Shown in pieces: positions 44,838 through 54,447 of a stretch of DNA of 64,000 bases; position 1 is the stretch's first letter; the number at the start of each line of letters is the position of its first letter. The notes under the pieces are model-generated. The model saw only the letters and a list, made by a program, of their open reading frames with translations, searched no databases and was not told the DNA's origin. The position numbers and the translations under genes are program-made. Source of the stretch: an archaeon (lineage in GTDB: Archaea; Nanobdellota; Nanobdellia; SCGC-AAA011-G17; GW2011-AR17); the NCBI GenBank assembly GCA_018653605.1, contig JABHYY010000018.1:29324-93323 (forward strand), in the 5' to 3' direction.

Positions 44838-46670
44838 TTATTTTTCTAAAGGAAGAGTCAATTCCAATTCTAACCCACCTTTAGGAAGGCCCTTATATTC
44901 AACACCACCACCATGCCCCATTTTAACAACTTCTCTTATAATTTGTGTACCAACCCCAGTACCACCTTTTGTTGTTGTAACATGTTTTCCAGTATTCAAA
45001 GAATCAAGAACATATTCTGGAACAACAGGACCAGGGTTAGAAACCAAAGTAACTAAGTTAGAACCATCAACATAAGCATTTACAGCCACATAACCATTTT
45101 CAATTTTTGAAATAGCATCAGCACCATTTTTTAATGCGTTATAAAATGCCATTTCAAGAGATCTTTCTCTTCCAACCAATTGAACATCAGGAACTTCATA
45201 ACTATAATCTACTCTTGGAAATGAAGCTGTAAAGTTATTAGATAAAATATCCCATAGACCTTTATATGAAAAAGAAGCATGTTCTTCCGGTTTAAAATCC
45301 TCATTTTTCAAAAGCTCTTCTAAAATAGATCCTGCAGATTGACCTTGTTGAAAAACAAGATTCAAATTTTCAGCAATATTTTTATAAAGCAAAGCATCAA
45401 AATCCTCAAAACTTGATACATCAAGATTATCAAACAAAGTATCAACTCTTGTTGCCCTCATACGAGGCTTTATAGTTAAACCCAAACCATATCGAATATT
45501 CCATGCTTCTAAAAGAGATTTTTTTATAATTGCAAAACCACCTGTAGATTCAATAATCAAACCTTTAGCATCATGAGAAACCTTCCGGACAAGGTCTAAT
45601 TTTTGTCCTTCTCTAAGTAACTCTTGATTTCTAGAGTCATACATTGTCAATATCTTTTCTCTTTGGGCCTCAACAGCAATTCTTTCAGCTTTCTCTTCTG
45701 CAGCATCAGCCCTTGCATCAGCAGTAGCAAGATCTGCCACAGCCGTTGCCAACCGAGAATCCTCAGCATCAGCCAGAACATCATCAAAATGTTGAAGTGC
45801 CAAAGATTGTTGTAACTGAATTGCACCTCTTCTAGTTCTATTTCCGGATTCATATAAACTATTTAAGAAAACAACAAGTGGTTCACATTTACTTTTAATC
45901 CAACCCATATTAGGTCTTTTCCATTGCAACCTATAAACATGAACACCATCATCAGACAAATATTGACAATCCTTAGGAACTACATATCTAACAATATCTC
46001 GACCACTCAAAAGATCAGCCTTTTCAGCCTCCCTTTCAGGAGAAAAAGGTGAAACTAAAGGAGAAATAAGAAAATCCTCCAAACCAATATAAAAATCTTC
46101 AATACCAGCAGTCAACACACCCAATGTAAATAAATCTCCTAACTCATGCACCTCCTTAGGATTATTATACTTAATCTGTGCATCAACAAAACCATTACCA
46201 CCACCAACAACAGTTGAAACCAAAAACCTATTAAATTTTCTACCTGCTGTTTCCATACCAATACTAAGTGCCCTATAAGGAGTCAGAGCCATTTTAAAAC
46301 CACCCCTAATTTTATCAAACTCAGGCTCATTTTTCACATATCTACCCATATCAAAAAGAAAGGCTTGGTCACCAGTTGCTTCAAAAAGATTCCAAATAAA
46401 CTTCCTTTGTTCTTCTAAATCACACCACCCTTCAGGATTTCCAACAAAATGACTATAAGCTCTTTCTGCAAGATCATCAAGAGCCAAAGCAACATCTTTT
46501 CTTATTGGAACATCAGGAACTTCTTCAGGAATTTCCATACCCAAAAAAGCATAATTTAGAAGTTTAGCATCAAGATGAGTTAGAAGATGAATCCCAGCAG
46601 TCATAGTTCTATGACTAACAGTAGGGCCTTGACTAATTATAGTATCTTCAGCTTGGGAGGGTAATGCCAT
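44838..46670 (-). CDS. soluble sensor histidine kinase-like protein (large novel N-terminal domain + coiled coil + HATPase_c)
   Basis: 610 aa; putative H-box RKVSHDAKGLI after coiled coil; C-terminal GHKL ATPase (N box LKNGADAI, G boxes GGTGVGT / GHGGG). Confidence 0.6.
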   Translation of the reverse strand: MALPSQAEDTIISQGPTVSHRTMTAGIHLLTHLDAKLLNYAFLGMEIPEEVPDVPIRKDVALALDDLAERAYSHFVGNPEGWCDLEEQRKFIWNLFEATGDQAFLFDMGRYVKNEPEFDKIRGGFKMALTPYRALSIGMETAGRKFNRFLVSTVVGGGNGFVDAQIKYNNPKEVHELGDLFTLGVLTAGIEDFYIGLEDFLISPLVSPFSPEREAEKADLLSGRDIVRYVVPKDCQYLSDDGVHVYRLQWKRPNMGWIKSKCEPLVVFLNSLYESGNRTRRGAIQLQQSLALQHFDDVLADAEDSRLATAVADLATADARADAAEEKAERIAVEAQREKILTMYDSRNQELLREGQKLDLVRKVSHDAKGLIIESTGGFAIIKKSLLEAWNIRYGLGLTIKPRMRATRVDTLFDNLDVSSFEDFDALLYKNIAENLNLVFQQGQSAGSILEELLKNEDFKPEEHASFSYKGLWDILSNNFTASFPRVDYSYEVPDVQLVGRERSLEMAFYNALKNGADAISKIENGYVAVNAYVDGSNLVTLVSNPGPVVPEYVLDSLNTGKHVTTTKGGTGVGTQIIREVVKMGHGGGVEYKGLPKGGLELELTLPLEK

Positions 46671-46778
46671 TTTTCCTTTATAAAAGACTGAAATAATCCC
46701 TTTATAAGAATTTATATCTTTTACTATCTATGAATGGTAAAGAAATCTTATAAAGCGAAACCACCCTAAATAACAAAC

Positions 46779-47144
46779 ATGAGAACAATGCTCCATTCAA
46801 AGATTCACAGAGCTACAGTGACCGAATCAAAATTAGAATACATAGGAAGCATCACAATCGACAAAGCCCTTCTAAAAAAAGTAGATATCTGGCCAGGAGA
46901 AAAAGTTTTAGTTGTAAGTAAAACAAATGGTGCAAGACTAGAAACCTATGTGATTGAAGGAAAAACAAACTCAGGTGTAATCTGCGTCAATGGTGCAGCA
47001 TCGCATTTAATAAAAAAAGGACATGAAGTTATTATAATGACTTTCAAGCTAACAAACAAAAGAATCAAACCAAAATGTATTTTAGTTGACAAAAAAAACA
47101 AATTTGTTAAATTCCTTGTACATGATGAAAAGAGCTTGCTTTGA
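46779..47144 (+). CDS. panD: aspartate 1-decarboxylase, pyruvoyl-dependent (bacterial type)
   Basis: 121 aa; MRTMLHSKIHRATVT...YIGSITID (Gly24-Ser25 self-cleavage site), VNGAASH. Confidence 0.85.
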   Translation: MRTMLHSKIHRATVTESKLEYIGSITIDKALLKKVDIWPGEKVLVVSKTNGARLETYVIEGKTNSGVICVNGAASHLIKKGHEVIIMTFKLTNKRIKPKCILVDKKNKFVKFLVHDEKSLL

Positions 47145-47179
47145 AAAAACTTAAAAACTTCTTAGACATAGAAAACAAC

Positions 47180-48682
47180 ATGAAACTCTTAATTAAATAT
47201 TTACCAGCATCTTTAGTTCACAGTATTACAACAAGAAAAGCAAAAAATTATGAAAAATTTAAAAAATACTTTCTAAACTTAGATCCAGAAACAATTGAAA
47301 CATTAAGAGAGAAATATTTACTATACACATTTCACAAAAATGCAAAAACAATACCTGGATACAAGAAATTTTTGAAAAAGAAGAAAGTTAATTTGAAAAA
47401 AATAAAAACAATAAAAGACTTTCAAGACAAAATACCAGAAACAAACAAACACAATTATGTTTTCAAAGCAAAAAAAGACATTACAGACCTTTGTATAGAT
47501 GGCAATTATAAGAAAATTAACATGCTTGTAAAGAGTTCAGGACACTCAGGAAAACAATGTTACTGGGCAAGATCACACAAAGAAAACTCTTTTGGCCAAA
47601 CTTCACTAAGTATTGGTTTAGATGAAAACTTTAATATCTCAAGTAAAAAAACATTAATCATAAATGGTTTTGTATTAGGAAGCTGGGTTACAGGAATCAC
47701 TTTCAATGAATTCGCTTCAGCACACAGTCCAGTAATTAACACAGGTCCAAACAAAGAAGAGATTCTAGAAACAATAAAAGAAATTGGTAACCAGTTCGAA
47801 CAAATCATGGTAACAGGTTACCCACCTTTCATAAAAGATCTTGTTGACTATGGAAACAGTGTAAGGTTCCCTTGGAAAAAATACAAAATTAACTTTGGTG
47901 CAGGTGGAGAAGCATTCCCAGAAGCATGGAGAGATTATATTGCAGAAAAATCAGGAGCAAAAAAAATCAGATCTGGTTTCGGTGCATCTGACATAGGAAT
48001 TCTTGGTGGCCTTGAAACAAATGACACTGTTTTTATTAGAAGACTAACAGAAAAAAATAAAACATTAAAAAAAGAATTGTTTGGAGATTTACAAGATACA
48101 CCAATGTTGTTTCAGTACCCATTAAACCTTTACATCCATACTAACAAAAAAAAGGAACTTATATTCACAACAATTTTACCTGAAGCAGTACAACCTGCAA
48201 TAAAATATAATCTACAAGATATTGGTGGAACTGTTTCATACAAAGACATGCAAAAGATTCTAAAAAAACATAACATAGAAAGAGACTTCACATTACCTTT
48301 ACCTTTCCTATACATTGCAGGTAGAGCGGATGGCCCAGTTAAATTCCAAGCATTCATGATTTACCCAGAAAACATTGAAGAGTGTATTTACCAAAACAAA
48401 GAAATTGCAAACTCAACAACAGGAAATTTTAGATTAAAAACAAAATTAACAAAAAAATATGATGCTGTTTTACAAATAGAATTCCAACTAAAGAAAAAAT
48501 TAATGCCATCAAAAAGATTAGAACTACAATACAAAAAATTGTGCACACAAACTTTAAAGAAAGTTAATGGTGGTTACAACATCACACAAAAAAGAGTAAA
48601 GAAAAAAGCAGAACCAAAAATAATTCTATACGAACACAGCAAATACCCTTACAAATCTAAAATTAAAAATGTATATTCATAA
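47180..48682 (+). CDS. adenylate-forming enzyme, PaaK / coenzyme F390 synthetase-like ligase
   Basis: ATG 47180 preferred (supplied ORF begins at TTG 47141 overlapping panD stop); P-loop-like KSSGHSGKQ, C-terminal GRADGPVKFQAFMIYPENIEECI resembles PaaK GRxDDmlixrGvNvfPsqiE. Confidence 0.5.
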   Translation: MKLLIKYLPASLVHSITTRKAKNYEKFKKYFLNLDPETIETLREKYLLYTFHKNAKTIPGYKKFLKKKKVNLKKIKTIKDFQDKIPETNKHNYVFKAKKDITDLCIDGNYKKINMLVKSSGHSGKQCYWARSHKENSFGQTSLSIGLDENFNISSKKTLIINGFVLGSWVTGITFNEFASAHSPVINTGPNKEEILETIKEIGNQFEQIMVTGYPPFIKDLVDYGNSVRFPWKKYKINFGAGGEAFPEAWRDYIAEKSGAKKIRSGFGASDIGILGGLETNDTVFIRRLTEKNKTLKKELFGDLQDTPMLFQYPLNLYIHTNKKKELIFTTILPEAVQPAIKYNLQDIGGTVSYKDMQKILKKHNIERDFTLPLPFLYIAGRADGPVKFQAFMIYPENIEECIYQNKEIANSTTGNFRLKTKLTKKYDAVLQIEFQLKKKLMPSKRLELQYKKLCTQTLKKVNGGYNITQKRVKKKAEPKIILYEHSKYPYKSKIKNVYS

Positions 48683-49390
48683 AAAGAAATCTCTATGCAT
48701 TTCAGCATAAGTTTCAACATCATGACCAAACCCATGATTAGCTCCTTCTAAAAGTCTAAATTCTTTTTTATCAGTTCCAGCACGTGAAACTAATTCAGCA
48801 ACATCAGCAGCTGCAACCACAGGATCATCTTCATGATGCACAACAAGCAATTCACCTTCATAACCAGCAATTACCTCTAAAAACTTTTCTCTGTCAGGAA
48901 AACCACCAAAACAAGGCAAACCATCACGATCAGGAGCATAAATTTGTGGAGAAGTTAAAAGCACCTTAGTAATCCTTCCAGCATAGCTTTCATCTAACAA
49001 TAAAGTTGCAAGCCCACCACCAAAAGAAAAACCACTCAGATAAATATTAGAAGGATTTTCATCCAAAGCAAAATCCATAGCAACCTTAAGATCTCTAAAC
49101 TCATCTTGATGAGTTTTGTTAATTCTTTTATCTCCAACACCTTCTTTAGTATAAGACATCATCATACCATAAGGATTACGATCAGCTTTAGCTTCTTCAA
49201 AAGCTTCAAGATCTCTACGAGAGGTATATCTAAAAGTTGAAGCAATACTATCATCTAAGATAGCTTTATGTGCAGCAACAATCTCTCTAGAATTTGCATG
49301 TCCAGGAATCCCAGGAACAAAAACTAAAACATTACGATTAATTAAACTAACTTCAATATCACAATCATCAACAGTAGTTTTAAAATCCAT
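48677..49390 (-). CDS. alpha/beta hydrolase (dienelactone-hydrolase-like)
   Basis: 237 aa; nucleophile elbow GFSFGG, C-terminal GANHGF. Confidence 0.65.
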   Translation of the reverse strand: MDFKTTVDDCDIEVSLINRNVLVFVPGIPGHANSREIVAAHKAILDDSIASTFRYTSRRDLEAFEEAKADRNPYGMMMSYTKEGVGDKRINKTHQDEFRDLKVAMDFALDENPSNIYLSGFSFGGGLATLLLDESYAGRITKVLLTSPQIYAPDRDGLPCFGGFPDREKFLEVIAGYEGELLVVHHEDDPVVAAADVAELVSRAGTDKKEFRLLEGANHGFGHDVETYAEMHRDFFL

Positions 49391-49422
49391 AAAAATAAGT
49401 TCAAACCCAGTCTTTATATAAT

Positions 49423-50244
49423 TTATGATATAAACTTAAGAATTGTTCGAGACAACCTTCGAGCCCTAATCAAAGGCAACTTATGCCCTACACCTTTAAA
49501 CAAAATAAATTTAGAACCTTTAATCAAATTATGAATCTCTTTAGACAAACTAACATCAAGAATAGAATCAGTATCCCCAGCAACAACAAGCAAAGGCAAA
49601 TCCACTTTCTGTAAATCTTTAACAATCTGCTTTCTATACCTTTTCGAATACAACTGAGCTTCATGCAAAGTATAAAAAATAGTTCGCATAGGCAAGTGAT
49701 ACAACTTATCTTTATACCAACCCAACTTTGTAACATCACTGAAATCAATTTCACAAGGATAAGAATTAAACCACCCCCGCCCAACTAAAAACTTCAAAAG
49801 CTTTACAACTAAAGGATTCAAATTCAACTCATGATTTCTAGGATAAGGATATTTGTAAGTTGCTTCAACTAACACAGCATTAACAGGTAACCTATCCTTA
49901 TGAGTTATCAAATAATCCAAAAGAACAGAACCACCAAAACTATGTCCAACAAAAGTAAAATTATCAATTCCTTCAACATCCAAAACTTTCTTAACATCTT
50001 TAACAAAATTTCTCAAGTGATAAGCCTTCTCATCAAGAGGTATATCAGATAACCCATGCCCTCTAAAATCAATAGCAAGAGTAGAATAACCTTTTTTATT
50101 AAAAAACTTAACCTCTTTATTCCAAACAGTCAAATTAACACCAACACCATGAAGAAAAACCATCACAGGAAAATTAGGATTCTTCTCTCTATAATCATAA
50201 TTAATCATCACCCCATCAAAAGACTTTATTTTTTTCATATTCAA
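49423..50244 (-). CDS. alpha/beta hydrolase
   Basis: 273 aa; VMVFLHGVGVN, GHSFGG, GVGHK. Confidence 0.7.
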   Translation of the reverse strand: MNMKKIKSFDGVMINYDYREKNPNFPVMVFLHGVGVNLTVWNKEVKFFNKKGYSTLAIDFRGHGLSDIPLDEKAYHLRNFVKDVKKVLDVEGIDNFTFVGHSFGGSVLLDYLITHKDRLPVNAVLVEATYKYPYPRNHELNLNPLVVKLLKFLVGRGWFNSYPCEIDFSDVTKLGWYKDKLYHLPMRTIFYTLHEAQLYSKRYRKQIVKDLQKVDLPLLVVAGDTDSILDVSLSKEIHNLIKGSKFILFKGVGHKLPLIRARRLSRTILKFIS

Positions 50245-51671
50245 TAGCTCTTAGCAATATAAGCCAGATGTTTACCATCTTTACCACAATAAACACATTT
50301 ACCAAATTTCTTAGGTTGATTTAAAGGCATGTTTAAAATTTTTGCTCCACCAGTTTGATCTTTCATCATCTCTTCACAACCTTGATCACCACACCAGAAA
50401 GCTTTAGCTAACTTCTTATCCTTAATAGCTTTTTTCAATTCTTTAGTATCTTTAACATCAACCATATTATCCAAAGCCATTTTCTTAGATCTTTTATACA
50501 GATTATTTTGAATATCAAGTAACAACTCTTCAATCTTCTTAACCATCTCACTCTCTTTAACAAAAAGTTTTTCACCAGTATCCCTTCGAACCAAAACAAC
50601 CTGCTTTTTTTCAACATCCTTAGGTCCGACTTCAATCCTAACAGGAACACCTTTCATTTCCCATTGATTAAATTTCCAACCAGCACTATAATCTGAATCA
50701 TCAAAAATACAATCAAACTTTTTCAAATTCCTATTTAAGTCTTTACACTTTTTCAAAACATTTTTTTCTTTACCTTTAATTAAAATTGGAACCAACACAC
50801 ATTTGTTAGGAGCCACCTTTGGAGGCAAAACCAACCCTTTATCATCACCATGAGAATAAATTAAAACACCCAACATTCTAGAAGAAATTGCCCAAGTATT
50901 TTGCCAAGCATATTCTTTCTTTTCATTTTTGTTCAAAAAAGTTACATCATAAGCTTTTGCAAATTTTTGTCCATCATGATGGAATATAGGCCCTTGTATA
51001 GCTTTACCATTAGGCATAAAATGCTCCAGTGAAACAGAAAAAACAGCGCCTGCAAACTTCTCTTTTTCAGTTTTCCTTCCAATCATAGAATATATCCCCA
51101 AATAATCTTCACAAATATACCTATACATCTCTATAACCCAATCTTGTTCTTTCAAAGATTCTTTTTCAGTTGCAAATACAGTATGACCTTCATTAAACAA
51201 AAACTCTCTAGTTCTCAAAAAGGGAACAGGATGTTTAAATTCCCACCTTACCACATTACTCCACTGATTAATTTTAAGTGGCAAATCTCTCCAACTTCTA
51301 ATCCACTTTGAAAAAGAATCATACATAATAGCTTCAGAAGTAGGCCTAATAGCTAATTTTTCATTTAATTTTGTTTTACCTGCATGTGTAACCCAAGCAA
51401 CCTCTGGAGCAAAACCCTCAACATGCTCCTCTTCTTTAATCAATAAAGATTCAGGAATAAAAAGTGGAAAATAAGCATTTTTAACACTATACTTTTTTAT
51501 TCTTGCATTAACAAGATCCATTATTTTTTCCCATACAGCATAATAATAAGGCCTAAAAACAATACAACCAGAAACACCAGTATAATCTGCAAGTTCAGCT
51601 TTTTGTATAACTTGTGTATACCACTCAGAAAAATTCTCATTCTTTTTTACAGTAATACCCTTTTCAGCCAT
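50241..51671 (-). CDS. proS: prolyl-tRNA synthetase, archaeal/eukaryotic type
   Basis: 476 aa; class II motifs, C-terminal Zn-binding CVYCGK...; 4-bp overlap with upstream hydrolase. Confidence 0.85.
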   Translation of the reverse strand: MAEKGITVKKNENFSEWYTQVIQKAELADYTGVSGCIVFRPYYYAVWEKIMDLVNARIKKYSVKNAYFPLFIPESLLIKEEEHVEGFAPEVAWVTHAGKTKLNEKLAIRPTSEAIMYDSFSKWIRSWRDLPLKINQWSNVVRWEFKHPVPFLRTREFLFNEGHTVFATEKESLKEQDWVIEMYRYICEDYLGIYSMIGRKTEKEKFAGAVFSVSLEHFMPNGKAIQGPIFHHDGQKFAKAYDVTFLNKNEKKEYAWQNTWAISSRMLGVLIYSHGDDKGLVLPPKVAPNKCVLVPILIKGKEKNVLKKCKDLNRNLKKFDCIFDDSDYSAGWKFNQWEMKGVPVRIEVGPKDVEKKQVVLVRRDTGEKLFVKESEMVKKIEELLLDIQNNLYKRSKKMALDNMVDVKDTKELKKAIKDKKLAKAFWCGDQGCEEMMKDQTGGAKILNMPLNQPKKFGKCVYCGKDGKHLAYIAKSY

Positions 51672-51707
51672 AAAAACAATAATGCCTCACTTACTTTTAA
51701 ATCTTTT

Positions 51708-52358
51708 CTATGCAACCATAATATCATCTTCAAACAACAAAGTTATCCAGTTCTGATTCAAAGCTCTATCAAACCTTACTAATTCAGATCTAAATTCAAT
51801 AGCAGCCATTCCCTTTCTTTCATAAACAGATAAAACTTGAATAAGATAAGTCCACCTTTCAATTTCATTTTTAATCACTATTCTAACATCCTTAGGAATT
51901 CCTTCCCAATGATTTAATAGTAAAGCTAAAGAATTGATACTATTCAAAAAAATATTTCTATATCTTTCACCATAACCTCTTTTATAAGATATATGCACAA
52001 CATCTTTATCTCGAACTACCCCAAATTCCCTCTTTAACATTGAAAATGCACCATACAAAATAGAATAAATATTTTGTAATTGTTTTTCAATAAGAAGAAG
52101 ATGTTTAATTGAACTTTCTCCTTGTTCAGCATCAGTAATATCAAAATTAAGTTTTAATTCAATAGCCTTTGCAATAGCAAGAATTTCTCTCTCACTTAAA
52201 ACAGAATGTCTTTTTTCTGAAATTTTATCAGCAACAATCTTAACTTTCTCCCCAAACAGATCCAATTGAACACCTTTAATTTTTTGAGAATATCTACCTG
52301 CTACATAAGCCTTAATCTCATTACTTCCAATAGCCCTAGCTTCAACAGTTTTTTTCAT
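51708..52358 (-). CDS. hypothetical protein
   Basis: 216 aa; translationally coupled to 52355..52774. Confidence 0.4.
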   Translation of the reverse strand: MKKTVEARAIGSNEIKAYVAGRYSQKIKGVQLDLFGEKVKIVADKISEKRHSVLSEREILAIAKAIELKLNFDITDAEQGESSIKHLLLIEKQLQNIYSILYGAFSMLKREFGVVRDKDVVHISYKRGYGERYRNIFLNSINSLALLLNHWEGIPKDVRIVIKNEIERWTYLIQVLSVYERKGMAAIEFRSELVRFDRALNQNWITLLFEDDIMVA

Positions 52359-52774
52359 TTTTTCTTAAACCTTTTCAAAACCTTTGCTTGCTCAGGAAAC
52401 TTTTCATCCAACTCCTCATGCACTAATTCCTCAGAAAACAAAGCACCTGATCTTGAATTAACAGGCATATGATTATAAACATGAAACAATTCATGCAAAG
52501 TAATCCCTTCAATAAATTTAATCCTAGTTTCCTTTCTCAAACCTTTAACTAAACCATTAATAATATCTTCACAATAATAAATAACATCACCACCCTTCAT
52601 TTCAGCCACAAAACAAGGTGTTTTATTCAAGTGTTTAACTAAATTCATTCCATTCAAATACTTAGAAAACTCTTTTTTTTTCATAAATAAAATAATTGGA
52701 TTTTTTATTTTGTAAGGGAACTTTTTCATTGCTTTGACAGCAATACTTTCAATCTCTTTTTCTTCCATAGACAT
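52355..52774 (-). CDS. small HExxH-motif protein (putative Zn-metallopeptidase-like)
   Basis: 139 aa; ITLHELFHV. Confidence 0.4.
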   Translation of the reverse strand: MSMEEKEIESIAVKAMKKFPYKIKNPIILFMKKKEFSKYLNGMNLVKHLNKTPCFVAEMKGGDVIYYCEDIINGLVKGLRKETRIKFIEGITLHELFHVYNHMPVNSRSGALFSEELVHEELDEKFPEQAKVLKRFKKK

Positions 52775-52816
52775 TTCAAAGCAAAGAATCTTTAAAAATA
52801 TTTGCTAACTTGAATA

Positions 52817-53014
52817 TTAATCCTTAACTTTATCAGATAACTCTTCTTCATTTTTAGGCAAAGGAGACTCTTTAGGAAGGATATAAACATAATTTGGATC
52901 TGGTCCTTGTGTAAAATAAGGTGGTCTTAAACCAAGCGCATCCTCTACAAAAAGACCTGTTCCATAATCTTCAGGAAATGCTCTATCAGGTTTAGTAATT
53001 ACTAATCTTGCCAT
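52817..53014 (-). CDS. hypothetical small protein
   Basis: 65 aa. Confidence 0.3.
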   Translation of the reverse strand: MARLVITKPDRAFPEDYGTGLFVEDALGLRPPYFTQGPDPNYVYILPKESPLPKNEEELSDKVKD

Positions 53015-53072
53015 TATAAATATTAAAATCTCAATCTTTAAAAATCTTGTCTTGATATCACTTAAGAGTAAT

Positions 53073-53098
53073 TACAAAACAAAACTTTTATAAATAGT
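53073..53098 (+). promoter_or_regulatory. BRE/TATA promoter ttacaaaacaaaacttttataaatag; near-identical copy at 55133..55159
   Basis: ~26-bp element 2 mismatches from second copy; TATA ~25 bp upstream of GH3 ATG. Confidence 0.55.
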
Positions 53099-53115
53099 TA
53101 AATCAGTAAAAAAAT

Positions 53116-54447
53116 ATGAGAAAAAGATATTTTGCAGCAACTGCAGTAGGAGTAGCTTTAACTACATTAATGGGACCATACATTCTTTTAAACAAGGTTC
53201 CAGAATTACAATCTTTAAAAAAAACTTGGTTCCCTTCTTTCAGCCTACAAGAACAATATAAATCTCCAATTGCAGCTGAAGAAAGAAATATAGATCCAAT
53301 TCAAAAAGCAGAATTACCAAACAAAAGAACTGAATTAGAACAAATAATTGCAGAACTTTTTATTACAAGATCAAACAATACTGGAGAATATACACCTGGT
53401 GGAGTTTTATTAAGAAAAGGAGAAACTAGAAAAGGACATCTCTTTGGAGAGTTTAGTTCATATGATCCAAGAAGAACACAAAGATCTGTAGAAAAAATTC
53501 TTTCAAGAGCAGAAAAAGAAGAACAAAGAGTTTTGATTTATGATGAAGGAGAAGGAGGATATGTTCTAAGAACAGGTGTAATGCCTCCAGCCCAAGAAAT
53601 TGGAGATTATTTAACAGAAGGAATTGTAGGTCCAAATATAGGACAAATAATCACTCCAAATGAATCTAAAAAAGAAAGAGCTAACCAAATAGGAACATTG
53701 TTTAATAGTTATGCAAAAGAATTAAGTGACAGAGGAATAGATTCTGTTTTTGGTCCAGTTTTAGATGTTGCATCAAAAGATTCTGAAGGAAATTTAATTA
53801 ATGAAATGCAAAGAAATTTTAGTGATAGACATTTAGTAACAAGAGAAATTGCAAAAACTTATATTACCGCAATGCACAATCATGGAATTCGTGTTGTTGG
53901 AAAACATTTTTTAACAGCAGGTTTAACAGAAGAAGGAGACATTCATGATGAAACTGTTGCTAACACAGATACAATTAGACCAAAATTATGGGCAGGACAA
54001 ACTTATAGATTATTAAGAGAAGATTTAGATGCAATCATGGTAACCCATGTAGGTAATCCTTGTGGTGAAGATAAGGGCAGGCCTTATTCTATATCTCCAA
54101 GAGCAATAGAATATTTAACTCGAGAAAGATATAATAATAACCAATTTAGAGGAATAAATTTCCAAGGCTTGGTTATAGTTGATGACATTTCAATGCAAGG
54201 TTTAATATCATATGTTCAAGAAGGAAAACTTACTGAAAAAGAGTTAAATTTAATAAGTGATACAGAAAATCTAGAAGCAAAGGCAGCAATTTTAGCACTA
54301 AACGCAGGAGCACATGTATTAATCGCAAATGAAGCTGATACAGATGAAGTTATCGAAGCTGTTGCTGATGTTGCAAGACGAGATAATAATTTCCTACAAA
54401 AAGTCATTAACGCAGAAAGAAAATATGAGGCATACATAGAACAATGA
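53116..54447 (+). CDS. glycoside hydrolase family 3 (NagZ-like beta-N-acetylhexosaminidase), membrane-anchored
   Basis: 443 aa; N-terminal TM; GH3 N-domain FGPVLDVASKDS...GIRVVGKHFLTAG...IMVTHV (cf. PVLDV...KHFPGHG...mtaH). Confidence 0.7.
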   Translation: MRKRYFAATAVGVALTTLMGPYILLNKVPELQSLKKTWFPSFSLQEQYKSPIAAEERNIDPIQKAELPNKRTELEQIIAELFITRSNNTGEYTPGGVLLRKGETRKGHLFGEFSSYDPRRTQRSVEKILSRAEKEEQRVLIYDEGEGGYVLRTGVMPPAQEIGDYLTEGIVGPNIGQIITPNESKKERANQIGTLFNSYAKELSDRGIDSVFGPVLDVASKDSEGNLINEMQRNFSDRHLVTREIAKTYITAMHNHGIRVVGKHFLTAGLTEEGDIHDETVANTDTIRPKLWAGQTYRLLREDLDAIMVTHVGNPCGEDKGRPYSISPRAIEYLTRERYNNNQFRGINFQGLVIVDDISMQGLISYVQEGKLTEKELNLISDTENLEAKAAILALNAGAHVLIANEADTDEVIEAVADVARRDNNFLQKVINAERKYEAYIEQ

